Both the position numbers and the translations under genes were made by a program. From the NCBI GenBank assembly GCA_964016885.1, contig OZ024751.1, positions 9,176,001-9,240,000 of the forward strand: a stretch of DNA of 64,000 nucleotides, read 5' to 3'. The notes beneath the pieces were generated by a model, which was given only the letters and a program-made list of their open reading frames with translations, did no database searches and had not been told where the DNA came from. Position 1 is the stretch's first letter. Every line of letters begins with the position of its first letter. Shown one piece after another: positions 41,511 through 55,356 of this stretch. The DNA is from Eledone cirrhosa (taxonomy: Eukaryota).

Positions 41511-41815
41511 CTATATATATATATATATATATATCCTGACGCTTATGTATATATAGATATATGTGTATGTGTAATGTGCATATGCATACAATTATATATA
41601 TATAAGTACATAAATATTGACTCGCAAACACAGACACACTTACAAAAATACACACTCACCGACATGCATTTACACATACACTCACACACATGTAGCAAAT
41701 GTAACACCAGCCACTGTTTTGCTATAGTTTTTTCACTATCCTCATCCTCCATTTTACACACACATACATTTACACAATCACACATACACACATTGTGTGA
41801 CGGACGGCAGTCGCT

Positions 41816-41939
<124 letters not shown>

Positions 41940-41952
41940 TATATATACACAC

Positions 41953-42040
<88 letters not shown>

Positions 42041-42299
42041 ACAGGGAGAAAGAGACGATTATGAGGAAGAAAAATATATAACATTATTCTTTCTGCACCT
42101 TCTGTTTAACATTTGTGACACCACACTAATAGATTTCACTATCATTTGATAATGCATATAAATGCAGAAACCGGTAAGAGACAATAATTAAATATATAAA
42201 TAGATAAATAAAAGCCATTGTTAAATAATAAATAAATCAACTAATACCTTAACACTTCCCACAAAGTAAAACATTTCGTTTTAATCATTTTCTAACCCT

Positions 42300-42375
<76 letters not shown>

Positions 42376-42552
42376 AAAAAAAAAGGAAAAAAATATATTT
42401 TTCTTCCTCATAATCGTCTCTTTCTCCCTGTTTTCATATATATATATATATATCCTAACTCGTGTGCCTCCTCTCCACATTTTATTATTATTATATATAT
42501 ATATATAGTGACGAAACATAAGTCAATTGCATGAACTCATAATCCTTTATTT

Positions 42553-42608
42553 ACTGCTATATAAATTTCGATGATAGCCATTGAGTGGCTATGATCTCAT
42601 CAGGCAGT
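42553..42608 (-). ncRNA. Type I hammerhead ribozyme (diverged member of the 24428 family)
   Basis: ACTGC-CTGATGA-GATcATAGCCA-ctcaa-TGGCTATcATC-GAAA-TTTATA-TA-GCAGT; two compensatory base-pair changes. Confidence 0.85.
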
Positions 42609-43512
42609 TAGTCAGTTCTTAGATATGCCAGCTCTGTGTTTACAATGTTGATTGTATCAGAGCCTATATATATATTATGTAATAAACAGCATGTTAGATA
42701 CGACTGACTTCGTGAAACATTAGGTAATGGAATAATTATATTGTGTTGTTTATTACATAAATAAATAGCTATCTACTATACATAGTGCACTCTTCTTTCC
42801 TTTACCTGTTCCACAGAAATACTTAACATAAATATATATAATTTTATCCCGGTTCCAATCGGGGGAAATCACAGTAAGTAAGGAACTCAATACAGAGCAG
42901 AGTATAAATATTTAATATAGAAATGGCTTCCTGGTGATTTCTTCCGAATGAAACAGTTTTAGTCCTGTAGAAGCCATTTCTATATATTATATATATATAT
43001 ATATATATATGCAAATAGGTGGATACCCTGTGATTATCGGGAGGTGAGCACCGTCAAAATGTTCTCATTATGTTAGTCGTTTGCAGGTATCTTTATTTTA
43101 TTATAAAAATGACTTCTACAGTGCATGAACTATTCCATACGAATGAAATGGTTCTACGCCTGTAGAAGTGATTTCTACAGTAAAGCCATGATATATAGAG
43201 TATATGTGGGAAAGGAAGGGGGGGGGGGCATGAATGGAAAAAAGAACTCCTTACGGAGGATGATTGTAATTATTTGTATAATTCTGAGATTAATTTTTAT
43301 TTCGAAGTTATTTATTTTATCTTCTTCACCCATTGTGCTATCCAACCATTGTGCTGCGATCTGTCAATTCTGAGAAGTAGCTGATGTCGTCTGACTCTCT
43401 GATCTCGATGCTACGTACTCTATCGAGTAACGTTACCCCATGTTATATCTTTCAGCAGTGATAAATCATACTTAACTCGTCCTATGAACTATGTGCTCTT
43501 GGATATTTATAC

Positions 43513-43582
<70 letters not shown>

Positions 43583-44574
43583 TGCGTGTGTATGTGTGTG
43601 TATCAGTGATGGAAATATAATATACAAATTATGTATGATCAATTTTATGAATATTCTCCCTCTTCTTTCGATGATTAGTTCCTGGTAAACCTCCTGTTTT
43701 CAATATATTTATGATATTTTATTTCATAACTTAATTTCATCACATTATTTTTTATTCTTTGTATTTTATTAATGTTGTTTCTTTTATTTGGGTTTTTTGC
43801 GGCGAAGGAGGTCTCTAACATATATAGTCTTTGAATAAATGTTCAACTTGATGTATGAATTTTATTTTTGTTCTTTTGTTTTGTACAGTATTTTGATGTT
43901 GTTCTCTTTGGTTTTCTGATTGTATACGCGAGGGGCTTAGTTTTGCTTTCAAGCATGTGTACACCAACTGCTAGTGTTAGTATACAAGTTTGAAATGATT
44001 TTGAAATGGTATAGAATTTCAAGTTATGCAATCCTTTTTATTGGGTTGTAGTCCTTAAAAAAGTCTATATTTGCGACTTTAATATTACATGTAACACGCA
44101 ATATCTCTCAGTGTGATATTTTTTTTCCTGTTATATTGGTAAGAATGTTTATGATTTCATGGTTGCAATTGCTATTCAATACATCATTTTTAGCATTTTG
44201 TATGTTATGAATATTTTCAAAATGTTCTTATTGGGTGAGAGAGTGAGATAACTAAAAACGCAGTGAAGTCAAAATCCTTCCTACATATTCTTAATCCTCC
44301 ATATCTCTGTCTATCTACTTGTTTAAATCCAGCCCTAACTTTCCCTCTTCCAATATTTCATCCGGACCTTTCTCCCATGTTTACACTTTATTCCTATTTT
44401 TCATCTCCCATCTTAAAATTTTCATTTTTAGGTTTCTATCTCTCAGTCTACATGTATAATTCCAGCCTTAATTTTGGCTCTTCCAATTTTCCATCCTGCA
44501 TTCTCTCCCAGAGATTTACCCTTTATTCGTGTTCTGTACCCCCCATCCCTCTACAGCCCAGAGTAGAGCAGATT

Positions 44575-44750
44575 TCTTCCAGAAGGAGGAGAAATCGACC
44601 CTAGTACTAGACTGGAATTTTTTATCGACATCGAAAGGATGAAAGACAAAGGTGACCTCTGCGATGTTTGAACCAAGTGAGCAGGTAGTCGTAACGAATA
44701 CCATAAAGTATTCTATCCGACGTTCTAACGATTCTGCCAATTCGCCGCCT
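44575..44750 (-). mobile_element. Diverged octopus-type SINE
   Basis: TTTTATCGAC..GAAAGGATGAAAGACAAAGGTGACCTC..CTGCCAATTCGCCGCC. Confidence 0.7.
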
Positions 44751-44973
44751 ATTCTTGTTTTACACACTCCACACTGTCTTCTCTTTTCCTGTCCTACCTA
44801 TTTAATCTATTTCTTATGATATTACATTGCCATTTTTATTATCTAACACTTTCATCCTGCACACTTTTATCTTATTCCCTCTTGCGTATTATTTAGCTCG
44901 GGAGTGAGAAAAAGATATATTAAATATACAAACATTCAAACGTAAGGTATTCTCATACTAAATTGATATTTGC

Positions 44974-45077
<104 letters not shown>

Positions 45078-45689
45078 TTATGTATGTATATGTATATATA
45101 TGGGGTGCACGTATGTATAAGTGTGTATGTGGAGTAATAAGTTGGCTCGTGTTTATACATGCGTTTGTTAGTGTGGATGTGAAGCGCATTAAATTGATTG
45201 ACAGAGGGAAGGATTGAAGCGAATACAATAAAAAGCCCCGTAACTAGTGAAGAGAGAAACAAGAGAATTGCAGCAGCATTTCTACAGGGAGAAGTGAAAG
45301 TGAAGAATCAAAATTCGGGAGAGTAAAAGAGCGAGTCTGATGCAAATCGAGAAAAAAGAAGAATAACATGCATAAGCTTTTGTGATGTCTCTGAGTTATC
45401 AGTTACCTCATTTCTGGATGCCTTGTCTTTCACGTTGAAATATATCTTAACTTGAACTTAGATCTGATTTCAATTACATTTCAAGAACGCTTTTATACTA
45501 AGACTCGACCACTGATCTGTTTGTCAACACTGTGAGAGAAGTGAAGACGAATATATCAAATTACCATTTCCCATACAAATCTACCACCAAGTGTTTTTCA
45601 TAGTGGCATTTTTGTTATATATAGGTCGAATTTCAGTAGAGAAAAGTTCTTGAGGTGTAATTGAAATCATATCTTTGTTCAAGTTAATA

Positions 45690-46398
45690 TTAAGGTATAT
45701 GGTCTGTAATGCGAAGAAATACCTATGATGGCTAGTAGACCACTGATGCTGGATAGTCCTGGCTTCTATTTCTAATTCTTTATTATATATATCATATTTG
45801 CAACAACACAGCTTCCCATTTTTCATTCATATATGCTTTCCTTTTCGCGGTGACCTGTCTTTTTCTCTTCCCTTACTGCTATCCTCTTTCTCTCTCCCCC
45901 CTTCTCTCTCCTTCTCCCTCTTACTTTCACTCACCCCCACTGCTAGTCACCCTCTCTCGGCTAGCCTCTTCCTCACACTTTCACTCACTCATTCTCTGCT
46001 ACTCACCCCCTCTCTCACTCCATCGTCCCACACCGTACGAGATTATTTCCTCGCTCACATTCGCACGACCAGATGTGGCTTTTGCCTTCTCGTCAATATT
46101 CGCAACTTCTTATGTTCGAAATAAATCATTGACTTGATTTTCTCATGTTTCCTCTCTTTACGGTGCCTCACCTTTCGTGTTTGTTTACCTGTCTCTCTTT
46201 CTCCACCCAATTCTTTTATGCCAATAACTTAATTTAGTTATTGTATTGCCCTAGCCGGAGGTATATGGTCTTTAATGTGAAAAAATACCTATGATGGCTA
46301 GTAGACCACTGATGATGGATAGTCCTGGCTTCTATTTATAATTCTTCATTTTATTATATATATCATATTTGCAACAAACAGCTCGCCATTTTTCATTC

Positions 46399-46400
<2 letters not shown>
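45690..46400 (+). repeat. ~567-bp unit (about 1.25 copies), relative of 20349-21575
   Basis: AGGTATATGGTCT at 45693 and 46259. Confidence 0.75.
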
Positions 46401-46446
<46 letters not shown>

Positions 46447-46867
46447 AGATCAAAAGATGGTTAAAGGAGTTCAATATATTTTTAATAAATATATTGAACT
46501 CCTTTAACCATCTTTTGATCTTATATTATGCATACTCCAGTCCCACAAACTGTAGAGTGCTTCTTATCCGATATCTGCATTGCTTTATTGTACTACAATA
46601 AAACTCACCTCCTACATTATATATATATATATATATATATATACACAAACACACATACACACGCATATACATATATACACAAATGTATACATGTACACAC
46701 ATATATACATATACATGTATATATACACACTTATAGATATATACACTCATATATATACACATATACATATATACACACATATATAGAGAGACATATATAT
46801 ATATGTATAAATATATACGTACAAATAGACACACACCCACACACACATACACATACACACACACACA

Positions 46868-46960
<93 letters not shown>

Positions 46961-47579
46961 GTAAATATGTATGTATACATATCAGTCTGGGTTTTCTTTC
47001 AGTGGTCATCTGCACCTGTAGAATAATTTAAGATATATTTTCAACGCACCAAGTGAGAATCAAATACGATGCTGTCAAGAAATGTCTATCTTGTTTTGAC
47101 ATTTCTTTGTAGCTGCAAAAATATATATGAATTCTTCAAACATATTGCATAGCGTCTACCAGACAGATGACAATGAATTAAATTTTCAAATGTCGTACTT
47201 CTTATTAATATTAGAACAAATATATTACATTGTACAGGTGGAATTGCCATCAATTTTTTCTAGTGTCAATACCAATAGCTATTTCACAAGATAGAATAAG
47301 TAATCGAAAAAGTGTGAATATTTCTGTCTGACGGAACCAAATGGGAATTTTATTTAGCCTCGAGGCAGCTGAAGTTTTTTGCCTGGCGGACGGTAAAACA
47401 GACTTCCTATCTTTATCATCATTGTTGTGGTTGTTGTTGTTCGCCTTGATTTTCTTCTTCTGCTTCTTTTTATTCATATTATTATTATTTTATTATTGTA
47501 CTTCCTTGTCTTCTCCTCAGCTGTAGTAGTAGTAGTACTATACAGTGATAATATCTATGTTTATTGATATATATATATA

Positions 47580-47683
<104 letters not shown>

Positions 47684-47722
47684 TGTGTGTGTGTGTGGAA
47701 AATTATTGATTTTGACCTAGCT

Positions 47723-47785
<63 letters not shown>

Positions 47786-48017
47786 ATAGATATATCAGTT
47801 GAATTTCTCAGACACTATATAGTAGTAAATTGATCAGCGAAACTTGTCATGTAATTACAGACTTCATAACAATGAAATATTATTACATCTTTCGTAATGT
47901 CTGCTCTCAGAGGGCCGAGCAATGTCAGTAACTCACCCCTTTGCTCTTGGACAAAACACAGTAAAAACTATGTATACTACTGTACCTATTATATTCATAC
48001 ATATATGTAAATGTGTA

Positions 48018-48072
<55 letters not shown>

Positions 48073-48187
48073 TCATATATACACACGCACACACACATAT
48101 ATATATATATACATATATATATGTTCATATATATACACACATACACACACATATATATATATTTATATCTTCATACACACACACACG

Positions 48188-48234
<47 letters not shown>

Positions 48235-48243
48235 ATATATATA

Positions 48244-49020
48244 GGAGAAAGTGTTTAACCCCGACAGTTGAGCTCAAGCCCTTTCGACGGCTATTGCTGG
48301 ACTAAATGGCAATACTCTTTGTGTATGTATCTTAAATTTTCATTGGGTTTATGATAGGGTTGAAAAGAGGCAGTAAGTAGCTCAAGATTGATATCGAGGA
48401 AGTTGGTATTAGTAAGATTCGTATCTATAGTAATTTTTAGGTTTAGGTTAGCAATGGTATTGATTAACTCTTTACGGAATTTATCACGGTTATGGCCGTT
48501 GGTGGTATGAGAAAGTGCCAAACCATCGTTTCTGTATAAGCTGATATTATGGAAAGTAAATTTCTCTTTAAGGGTGTGGAGGAGGAATAAATCTACTAAA
48601 TTGCATACATCGGCGCTATCATATGAGCCCATCGAGACATCAAAAGAGTTGTCAGGGCTTGATTTTTTAACCGAAGTACCTTCTTTAGCGAAAAGTAGTG
48701 TTTTCCTAGCGTGTAAGATAACACTTTCTTCTGATTTAGAAATATTAATGAAAAGTCTAGCGAAATCTAAGGTTTTAGTTAATACGGATTCTGTGATAGA
48801 GGGGTAAAAATCAACAATATCAAATGGTGTAAATCTACACTTATTTTTACCTTGTATATTATAAAACCAAGATATAACAGGTGAAGTATTTAAATATTGG
48901 GATAGGTCAGTCTTAGTTCTTATTTAAAATATTATATTTCTTAGGATTTTTTACTCGCAAGACCAATTTCAGATTTAGCAGGTCGATTAGTAAAGTCTGA
49001 TTTATGGTCTTTAAGGGTAA
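48244..49020 (-). mobile_element. Naiad-like PLE RT fragment fused to a half-HHR 3' end
   Basis: FDIVDFYPSIT region; ORF 48291..48632 MGSYDSADVCNLV, LYRNDGL, NFLDINL; 48244-48300 matches the 26108/36245 family. Confidence 0.8.
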
Positions 49021-49058
49021 TATATATCCTTTACATATGTGTACATATATATATATAA

Positions 49059-49140
<82 letters not shown>

Positions 49141-49183
49141 ATATATATATTTATGTATACCTGTCTCTACCACACCAATTCGA

Positions 49184-49236
49184 ACTGCCTGAAGAGGTCA
49201 CAGCCAATGATGGCTGTCACCGAAATATATATAGCT
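49184..49236 (+). ncRNA. Hammerhead ribozyme of the 24428 family, stem I damaged
   Basis: ACTGC-CTGAAGA-GGTCACAGCCA..TGGCTGTCACC-GAAA-TATATA-TA-GC. Confidence 0.7.
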
Positions 49237-49404
49237 TTACATCTTTAATAAACGAAGCCAAATCTTAAATATTTGACTTAATTACTTTATTTTATATATA
49301 TATATATATATATGTAGGGAGTGAGTTTTATTGTAGCACAATAAAGCAATGAAAATATCGGATACGTAGCACTCTACAGTTTGTAGGCCTTGAGTATAAA
49401 TAAT

Positions 49405-49588
49405 TGTTTCTACTTTAGGCACAAGGCCAGCAATTACCCAGTGCATTACTGGTACTTTATTTTATCGACCCCGTAAGGATGAAAGGCAAAGTCAACCTCG
49501 GCGGGATTTGAACTCAGATCGTAAAGGGACGTAACTATGCTGGAAAGCATGGCGTCCGAACCTCTACCGATACTGCCAATCCACCGCC
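49405..49588 (-). mobile_element. Young SINE with target-site duplication
   Basis: TTGAGTATAAATAAT on both sides (49390-49404, 49589-49603). Confidence 0.9.
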
Positions 49589-49638
49589 TTGAGTATAAAT
49601 AATATAAGATCAAAAGATGGTTAAAAGAGTTCCAAGTG

Positions 49639-49705
49639 TTTTATTATACGCATTTCAAAACCAAATATCATCATTAGATGATATCTGCGTTTTCATCAGA
49701 TAAAA
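49639..49705 (-). ncRNA. Type I hammerhead ribozyme (19616 family)
   Basis: TTTTAT-CTGATGA-AAACgCAGATATCATC-taat-GATGATATTTGGTTTt-GAAA-TGCGTA-TA-ATAAAA. Confidence 0.8.
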
Positions 49706-49816
49706 TAGGGATACATGATATGAAGGTTAAAAAACACTAGAAAACGCAGATATCATCTCATGATGATATTTGTTTTTGAAATGCGCATATAAAATAATTG
49801 GAACTCTTTTAACCAT

Positions 49817-49907
<91 letters not shown>

Positions 49908-49954
49908 CGAAGGAAATGTGGTAAGGAACCAGGTGGACCATAACGCACCACTAT

Positions 49955-50007
<53 letters not shown>

Positions 50008-50379
50008 CATACATACATACATCCAGCATAAAATCATTTCTTTACGGAACGTCTACTTCTTTCTGCACGTACCGGCTGTGTTATATAATGATTTGGTTAA
50101 TGTAAATTTCCTACCTATTTGGCATTATATTTATATAAACAGTCTTGTTTCATACCTGTCTCATGGCGTAACAATATTCCTTTAATTATTTATATGTGTT
50201 CTTGAAAGTTCAGTTTTAATGAATATATATCGACCACACATGCAAATTTTCTTATCAGTGTCCATTAAGAGTTGGGACCCGATCGCATGATCCAACCCAA
50301 GGTGATACATATAGAATAACTGTAATATGAAATATAGTTTATAAAAAGCTGCAATACTTATCGTCACTAGAGCAGCAAT

Positions 50380-52400
50380 TGAAACACCCCAATACTGCAA
50401 ATGACAGCGTTTTGGCAAAAATGTCTGAGAAGACAGATGCCAGCATTCGGCAGAGAGACAGTCCAAGAGGGGGATGCCAGGTTACTGAAATATAGAACAG
50501 GTTAAGAGAGGTGGAGGACAAGGACAATAATTTCTCTCTGTGATTGTACGCCCCATAATTAAGATGTCTCCAGATGTATGTGACAGCACAGAGGATCTCC
50601 TCAGCAGAATCAATGATTGCAACAACAGCGAAGACTTAACAAACTGCATAATAGGCAGCATGGATGTAGTATCCCTGTATCCATCAATTGACATTGATTT
50701 TGCTGTGGGAAAATGTGAGGAAATATTCAGTGAGAGTGAGGTACATTTCGACGACGTTGATACAGATGAACTGGGTCTTCTACTTAGACTTATATGTGAT
50801 AATGAATACTTAAATAATTGTGACTTTAGCAGTTTCTGCCTCAGTAGGCCAATAAGAGGTAGAGCCACCCATCATAACTTCAATGGCTAAAAGGACTCCT
50901 ATAGGAAGCTAGACTGGATAGACTGGATGGACACCCAAGAACAATGATCAGGTGAGAAAAATGATCGCACATGCAATAGGAGCTAATATTAAAACTACCC
51001 TAAATGGCCACATGTTTAAATTTAATGGGGAATTTACATCCAGATTGAGGGATCAGCCATTGGCGTAAGCATAGCTGGTGATATTGCCAATCTATTCATG
51101 GTATGGTGGGAAAGGAGACTCAGAGAACACCTAGAAGAGAACTCCATAGCCATCGTCATGTACTCTCGTTACGTAGAATAGATTGGCAATATCACCAGCT
51201 ATGCTTACGCCAATGGCTGATCCCTCAATCTGGATGTAATAAAAACACCCCCAAAAGAGATTACCAATAAACCTGAATTAGAAAACAACACACTGGAGAG
51301 CATCCAGCAGATAGGTAATTCCATACACCAGAGCATAACAGTAGCTATCGACTACCCTTCAAAACACTCTAACAATAGACTAGCAGTATTTGATACTGAA
51401 TTCTGGTTAAACACTATAAACGAGAAAACCCAAATTCTCCACCCCAATTATGCTAAACCCAAGGCCTCCAAATACCTTATACATAAAAACTCAGCGATAT
51501 TTAGTTGTGGTAATATTCTGATCGCAGACTTGGTACGAGTGATGAAGCATGTGTCACGCATGTGCGATCTAACTGAACTGAAAAGACACATGCAACACTC
51601 ATCAATCGCATGCAGTTCTCCGGCTACAACCAAAGAGACAGAATCAGAGTATTCAAAGGAGCAATGGAAATAAATAAGACCCTCATAGAAATGGACATGA
51701 AAGAAGTTTGCCCATTGTACAGGAGCTAATCATGGAATAGCATAGATAGGACTATAAATAAGATAGGAAAGCCACTTCATGGTACGACAACCAGAGATAC
51801 AAGAGTATGTTATAGTAGAATGAACCCCCAGATAAATTGTAAAACTAGAAATGTAGTCTATAGCATAAGATGTACAGCGGGACTTTCAGAAACATGACAA
51901 CAGCATACATAGGTGGACAGCTCAGAGCATTGGGGAGAGATTAGACCAAAACTGGGGAGAAGTAAAAGGACAAAAAGACGATTCGGTACAATATGAATTA
52001 AAATAATATCTTAACATAGAAATGACTTGACAGGTAAACAAATCAGAGAAGCAACTTAGATGGAACTAAGGAAACCGAAGTGGCACAGCAAAAAATGAAT
52101 AGAATAACAACAGCAACCATACACAAACACACAATAGTGACCTAAGATAAATAAATAAATATACACAGGTACAATAATAACAACCACACAGAGACACACA
52201 CTAGGGAACAAAGATAGAATGCAAACACACACAAACTCAAACACGAACACACACCAAACAGAAAACACACACACAAACGCATGCGGAGACAGAGACAAGA
52301 ATAAATGTATTAATAAAATTACAATTCGAAGGAAGGAAACATAATAGTACACCTGATGGGGCCACAGGCGTGTGATGAAAGAACTTTCATAGACTATATA
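50380..52400 (+). mobile_element. Decayed PLE (non-Naiad type): RT, GIY-YIG remnant, CA-rich 3' UTR
   Basis: GSMDVVSLYPSID, GSAIGVSIAGDIANLFM, YSRYV; degenerate HHR at ~52353-52387. Confidence 0.75.
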
Positions 52401-52409
52401 TATATATAT

Positions 52410-53025
52410 ATTAAATTCAAAGGGTATATATATGTAAATTAGACAAAGTCACAGATACATATATGCGTTTGGCAACCATTCACGGTGTGGCTCAATGAAG
52501 GATTAATTAAATAATTATTAATCAGAGCAATTTATAAAAATGTAAGTCCAAAGAATCATTAGATAAAATATAAACAGTATTTCCTCTCCCAATCAGTATA
52601 AATTAACCACACAAAAAATCATTTAAACGAGGCTATAAGATTAAAATGTACTTATGAAGAAATAATAGACAAATGATACAGATTCTTTTCCGCGATGAAA
52701 TTTACCTAGTATTTCTCCTAGCTTGTAGCAATTGACTAGATAAATAGTTATTTAGACGGAATTAGGTACACAATTGAAGTTAGAAGAAAAAATGTACATA
52801 CATATTACCAACATTTTTACAGGCTAGGAGAAATACTAGGTAAATGTCATATGGCTCTACATCGCGGAAAAGAATGTGTATCAGTTGTCTATTATTTCTT
52901 CATAAGTACATTTTAATCTTATAGCCTCGTTTAAATAATTTTTGTGTGGTTAATTTATACTAATTGGGAGAAGAAATACTGTAATAATTTTTATCAAATG
53001 ATTCTTTAGACTTACATTTTTATAT
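52410..53025. mobile_element. Inverted-arm element (52533-52727 / 52817-53025), distantly like the 17190 family
   Basis: ~200-bp diverged inverted repeat between AT tracts. Confidence 0.65.
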
Positions 53026-53623
53026 ATATACATATATATATATTTCGTTGACAAATATATCAATATGCCCAGACATGTAAATATATTGCCCTTGGTATGG
53101 CAGTGTGGTTTTAGCTCAATGTAGGATAACTAGTATACTACAGAGCCGTTATAGTTATAGGAATAACCAAAGAGTGCTTAGAAATACATTGTTTTATTAG
53201 CTAACAGTGGTTCATCCATACACCATGGCAGGAATCTTCTGAGCCTATAAACATGAGTATATCGGTAGTTGCATGCTCCATCGAGCTGCGTCACCAAAAC
53301 ATGGTTAAATGACCAGCAGGGGGGTCACGAGGCCAGCGCTATATGGAAAAAGACAGAATACATAATGCACATAATGTCATAAAATGTCTTAAAAATTAAA
53401 ACATAAAAAATTAAAAATTAAAAATTACACCAATCATGTATCACTTAGATGGTGCAATAGATGATAAAGAGGTTGGGAGAGGGTAGCAAGGGAGGAGTGA
53501 GGATATTACTCAGCATGATCAGAAACAATCAGAAAATAACAAGAAAAATAATAAAAAAGTACAAAAGTACAGGGACAAGAAAAGAGATAAATACAAAAAT
53601 AAAAAAAACAATAAAGGAACACA

Positions 53624-53658
<35 letters not shown>

Positions 53659-53999
53659 GTGTATATGTATATATGTGTCTCATGGTCGGGTCGTTGGCGA
53701 CTAAACTGGCAACCCCACCAAGGTTTCTTGGTGAGGAGGGTGACTTTGGACATACTGCAGGACTAAAAACAAAACCTGTCAAAGGGAAAAGGAGCTCTTA
53801 AGAGTCAATGGCCATCCAAAATCACTGGGAGAGATGACCCCTTAGCCTTTGTCAAGGGAGAATTCTAGGAGAAGGAAAACTCTGATATAACATCTGCAAC
53901 CCTGATGGTATCCAATGATGTTGACTTGTTCTTCTTTTTGGTAAATATCATCTTGGTTAAGAGAGTGGGACTGGCTTTGTGCAGTGCCTTTGCTCACTA

Positions 54000-54655
54000 T
54001 AAAAGCTTCACGGCACAGGCATTGCTTTGTATCTGGAGATCTCTCTGCACTTGTCGTCACATGGTACCAAAGGCAAAGCACTACGTGTCAATAATTGTCA
54101 CAAGTGTAGTGTTTGTACCAGAGTTTTCAAGTCGCTGGCTGGACTAAAAAGTCACTCGTTCAGCGCATCGGTAGGGGTTCTCCTACATGGATATAAAGTA
54201 GTGGCCGTAATCGAAAACGAGTTGGCAGCCACTATATATATGTGTGTACATGTATATGTATGTATATGTGTGTACATATATATGTATATATGTATGTGTG
54301 TACATATATATGTGTACATATATATGTATATATGTGTGTACATAGGTATGTATATATGTGTACATATGTGTGTATATATGTGTGTACATATGTGTGTATA
54401 TATATGTGTGTACATATATATGTATATATATATGTATATGTGTGTGTACATATGTGTATATATATGTGTGTACATGTATGTGTATATATGTGTGTGACTG
54501 GCAAAGCACTAAATGTCAATAATTGTCACAAGTGTAGTGTTTGTACCAGAGTTTTCAAATCGCTAGCTGGACTAAAAAGTCACACTCGTTCAGCACATCG
54601 GTAGGGGTTCTCCTACATGGAGTAGTGGCCATACTCGAAAACGAGTTGGCAGCCA

Positions 54656-54657
<2 letters not shown>
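54000..54657 (+). mobile_element. Duplicated LINE (RTE-like) 3' end with C2H2 finger (54072-54232, 54500-54657)
   Basis: [22 protein letters not shown]; two copies separated by microsatellite. Confidence 0.6.
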
Positions 54658-54692
<35 letters not shown>

Positions 54693-54696
<4 letters not shown>

Positions 54697-54807
54697 TTGA
54701 AAAAAATGAAAACGAAATTTCATTTCTCACTCTTAGTATGGCACTTACTTAAATGTAAGTATGTATGTATACGTACATACATATATGTATACAGACGTAC
54801 CGTAGCA

Positions 54808-54893
<86 letters not shown>

Positions 54894-55296
54894 CAGGTAC
54901 ACATACATATATGCACGCATCAGTTTAGCGGACGCTTATTATAACGCCGCTTTGTTCGTTTGTAAGCAAAGTGAACAGCCTGAATTTATGCCATACGGTG
55001 TTAAGGCAACCACGTCACCTTTTTGTTCAACACTGACACAGGAACGATGTACTAGTTTCAAGCTTGTTAGCTATCATCAGCACCGTATACCCATCTGCCA
55101 GATAGTTGAACGTTCGAAAGTATATACCTTCCTTATGAAAATTAACGGCTGAGCAGCCTAATTTGCATGTTGAGTGAGTTAAATCGGTCAGGCATACAGA
55201 AAACGATAAGTTGAAAAAAATGAAAACGAAATTTCATTTCTCACTCTTAGTATGGCACTTACTTAAATGATGCGTGCATATATGTATGTGTACCTG

Positions 55297-55356
<60 letters not shown>

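Noticed and set aside
42143-42180. HHR-like TTGATAA-TGCAT..ATGCA-GAAA-CCGG-TA
   Set aside because: Two core mismatches and no stem I; at best a decayed copy
47250-47526. Short overlapping ORFs in apparently unique sequence
   Set aside because: Low complexity, no recognisable homology
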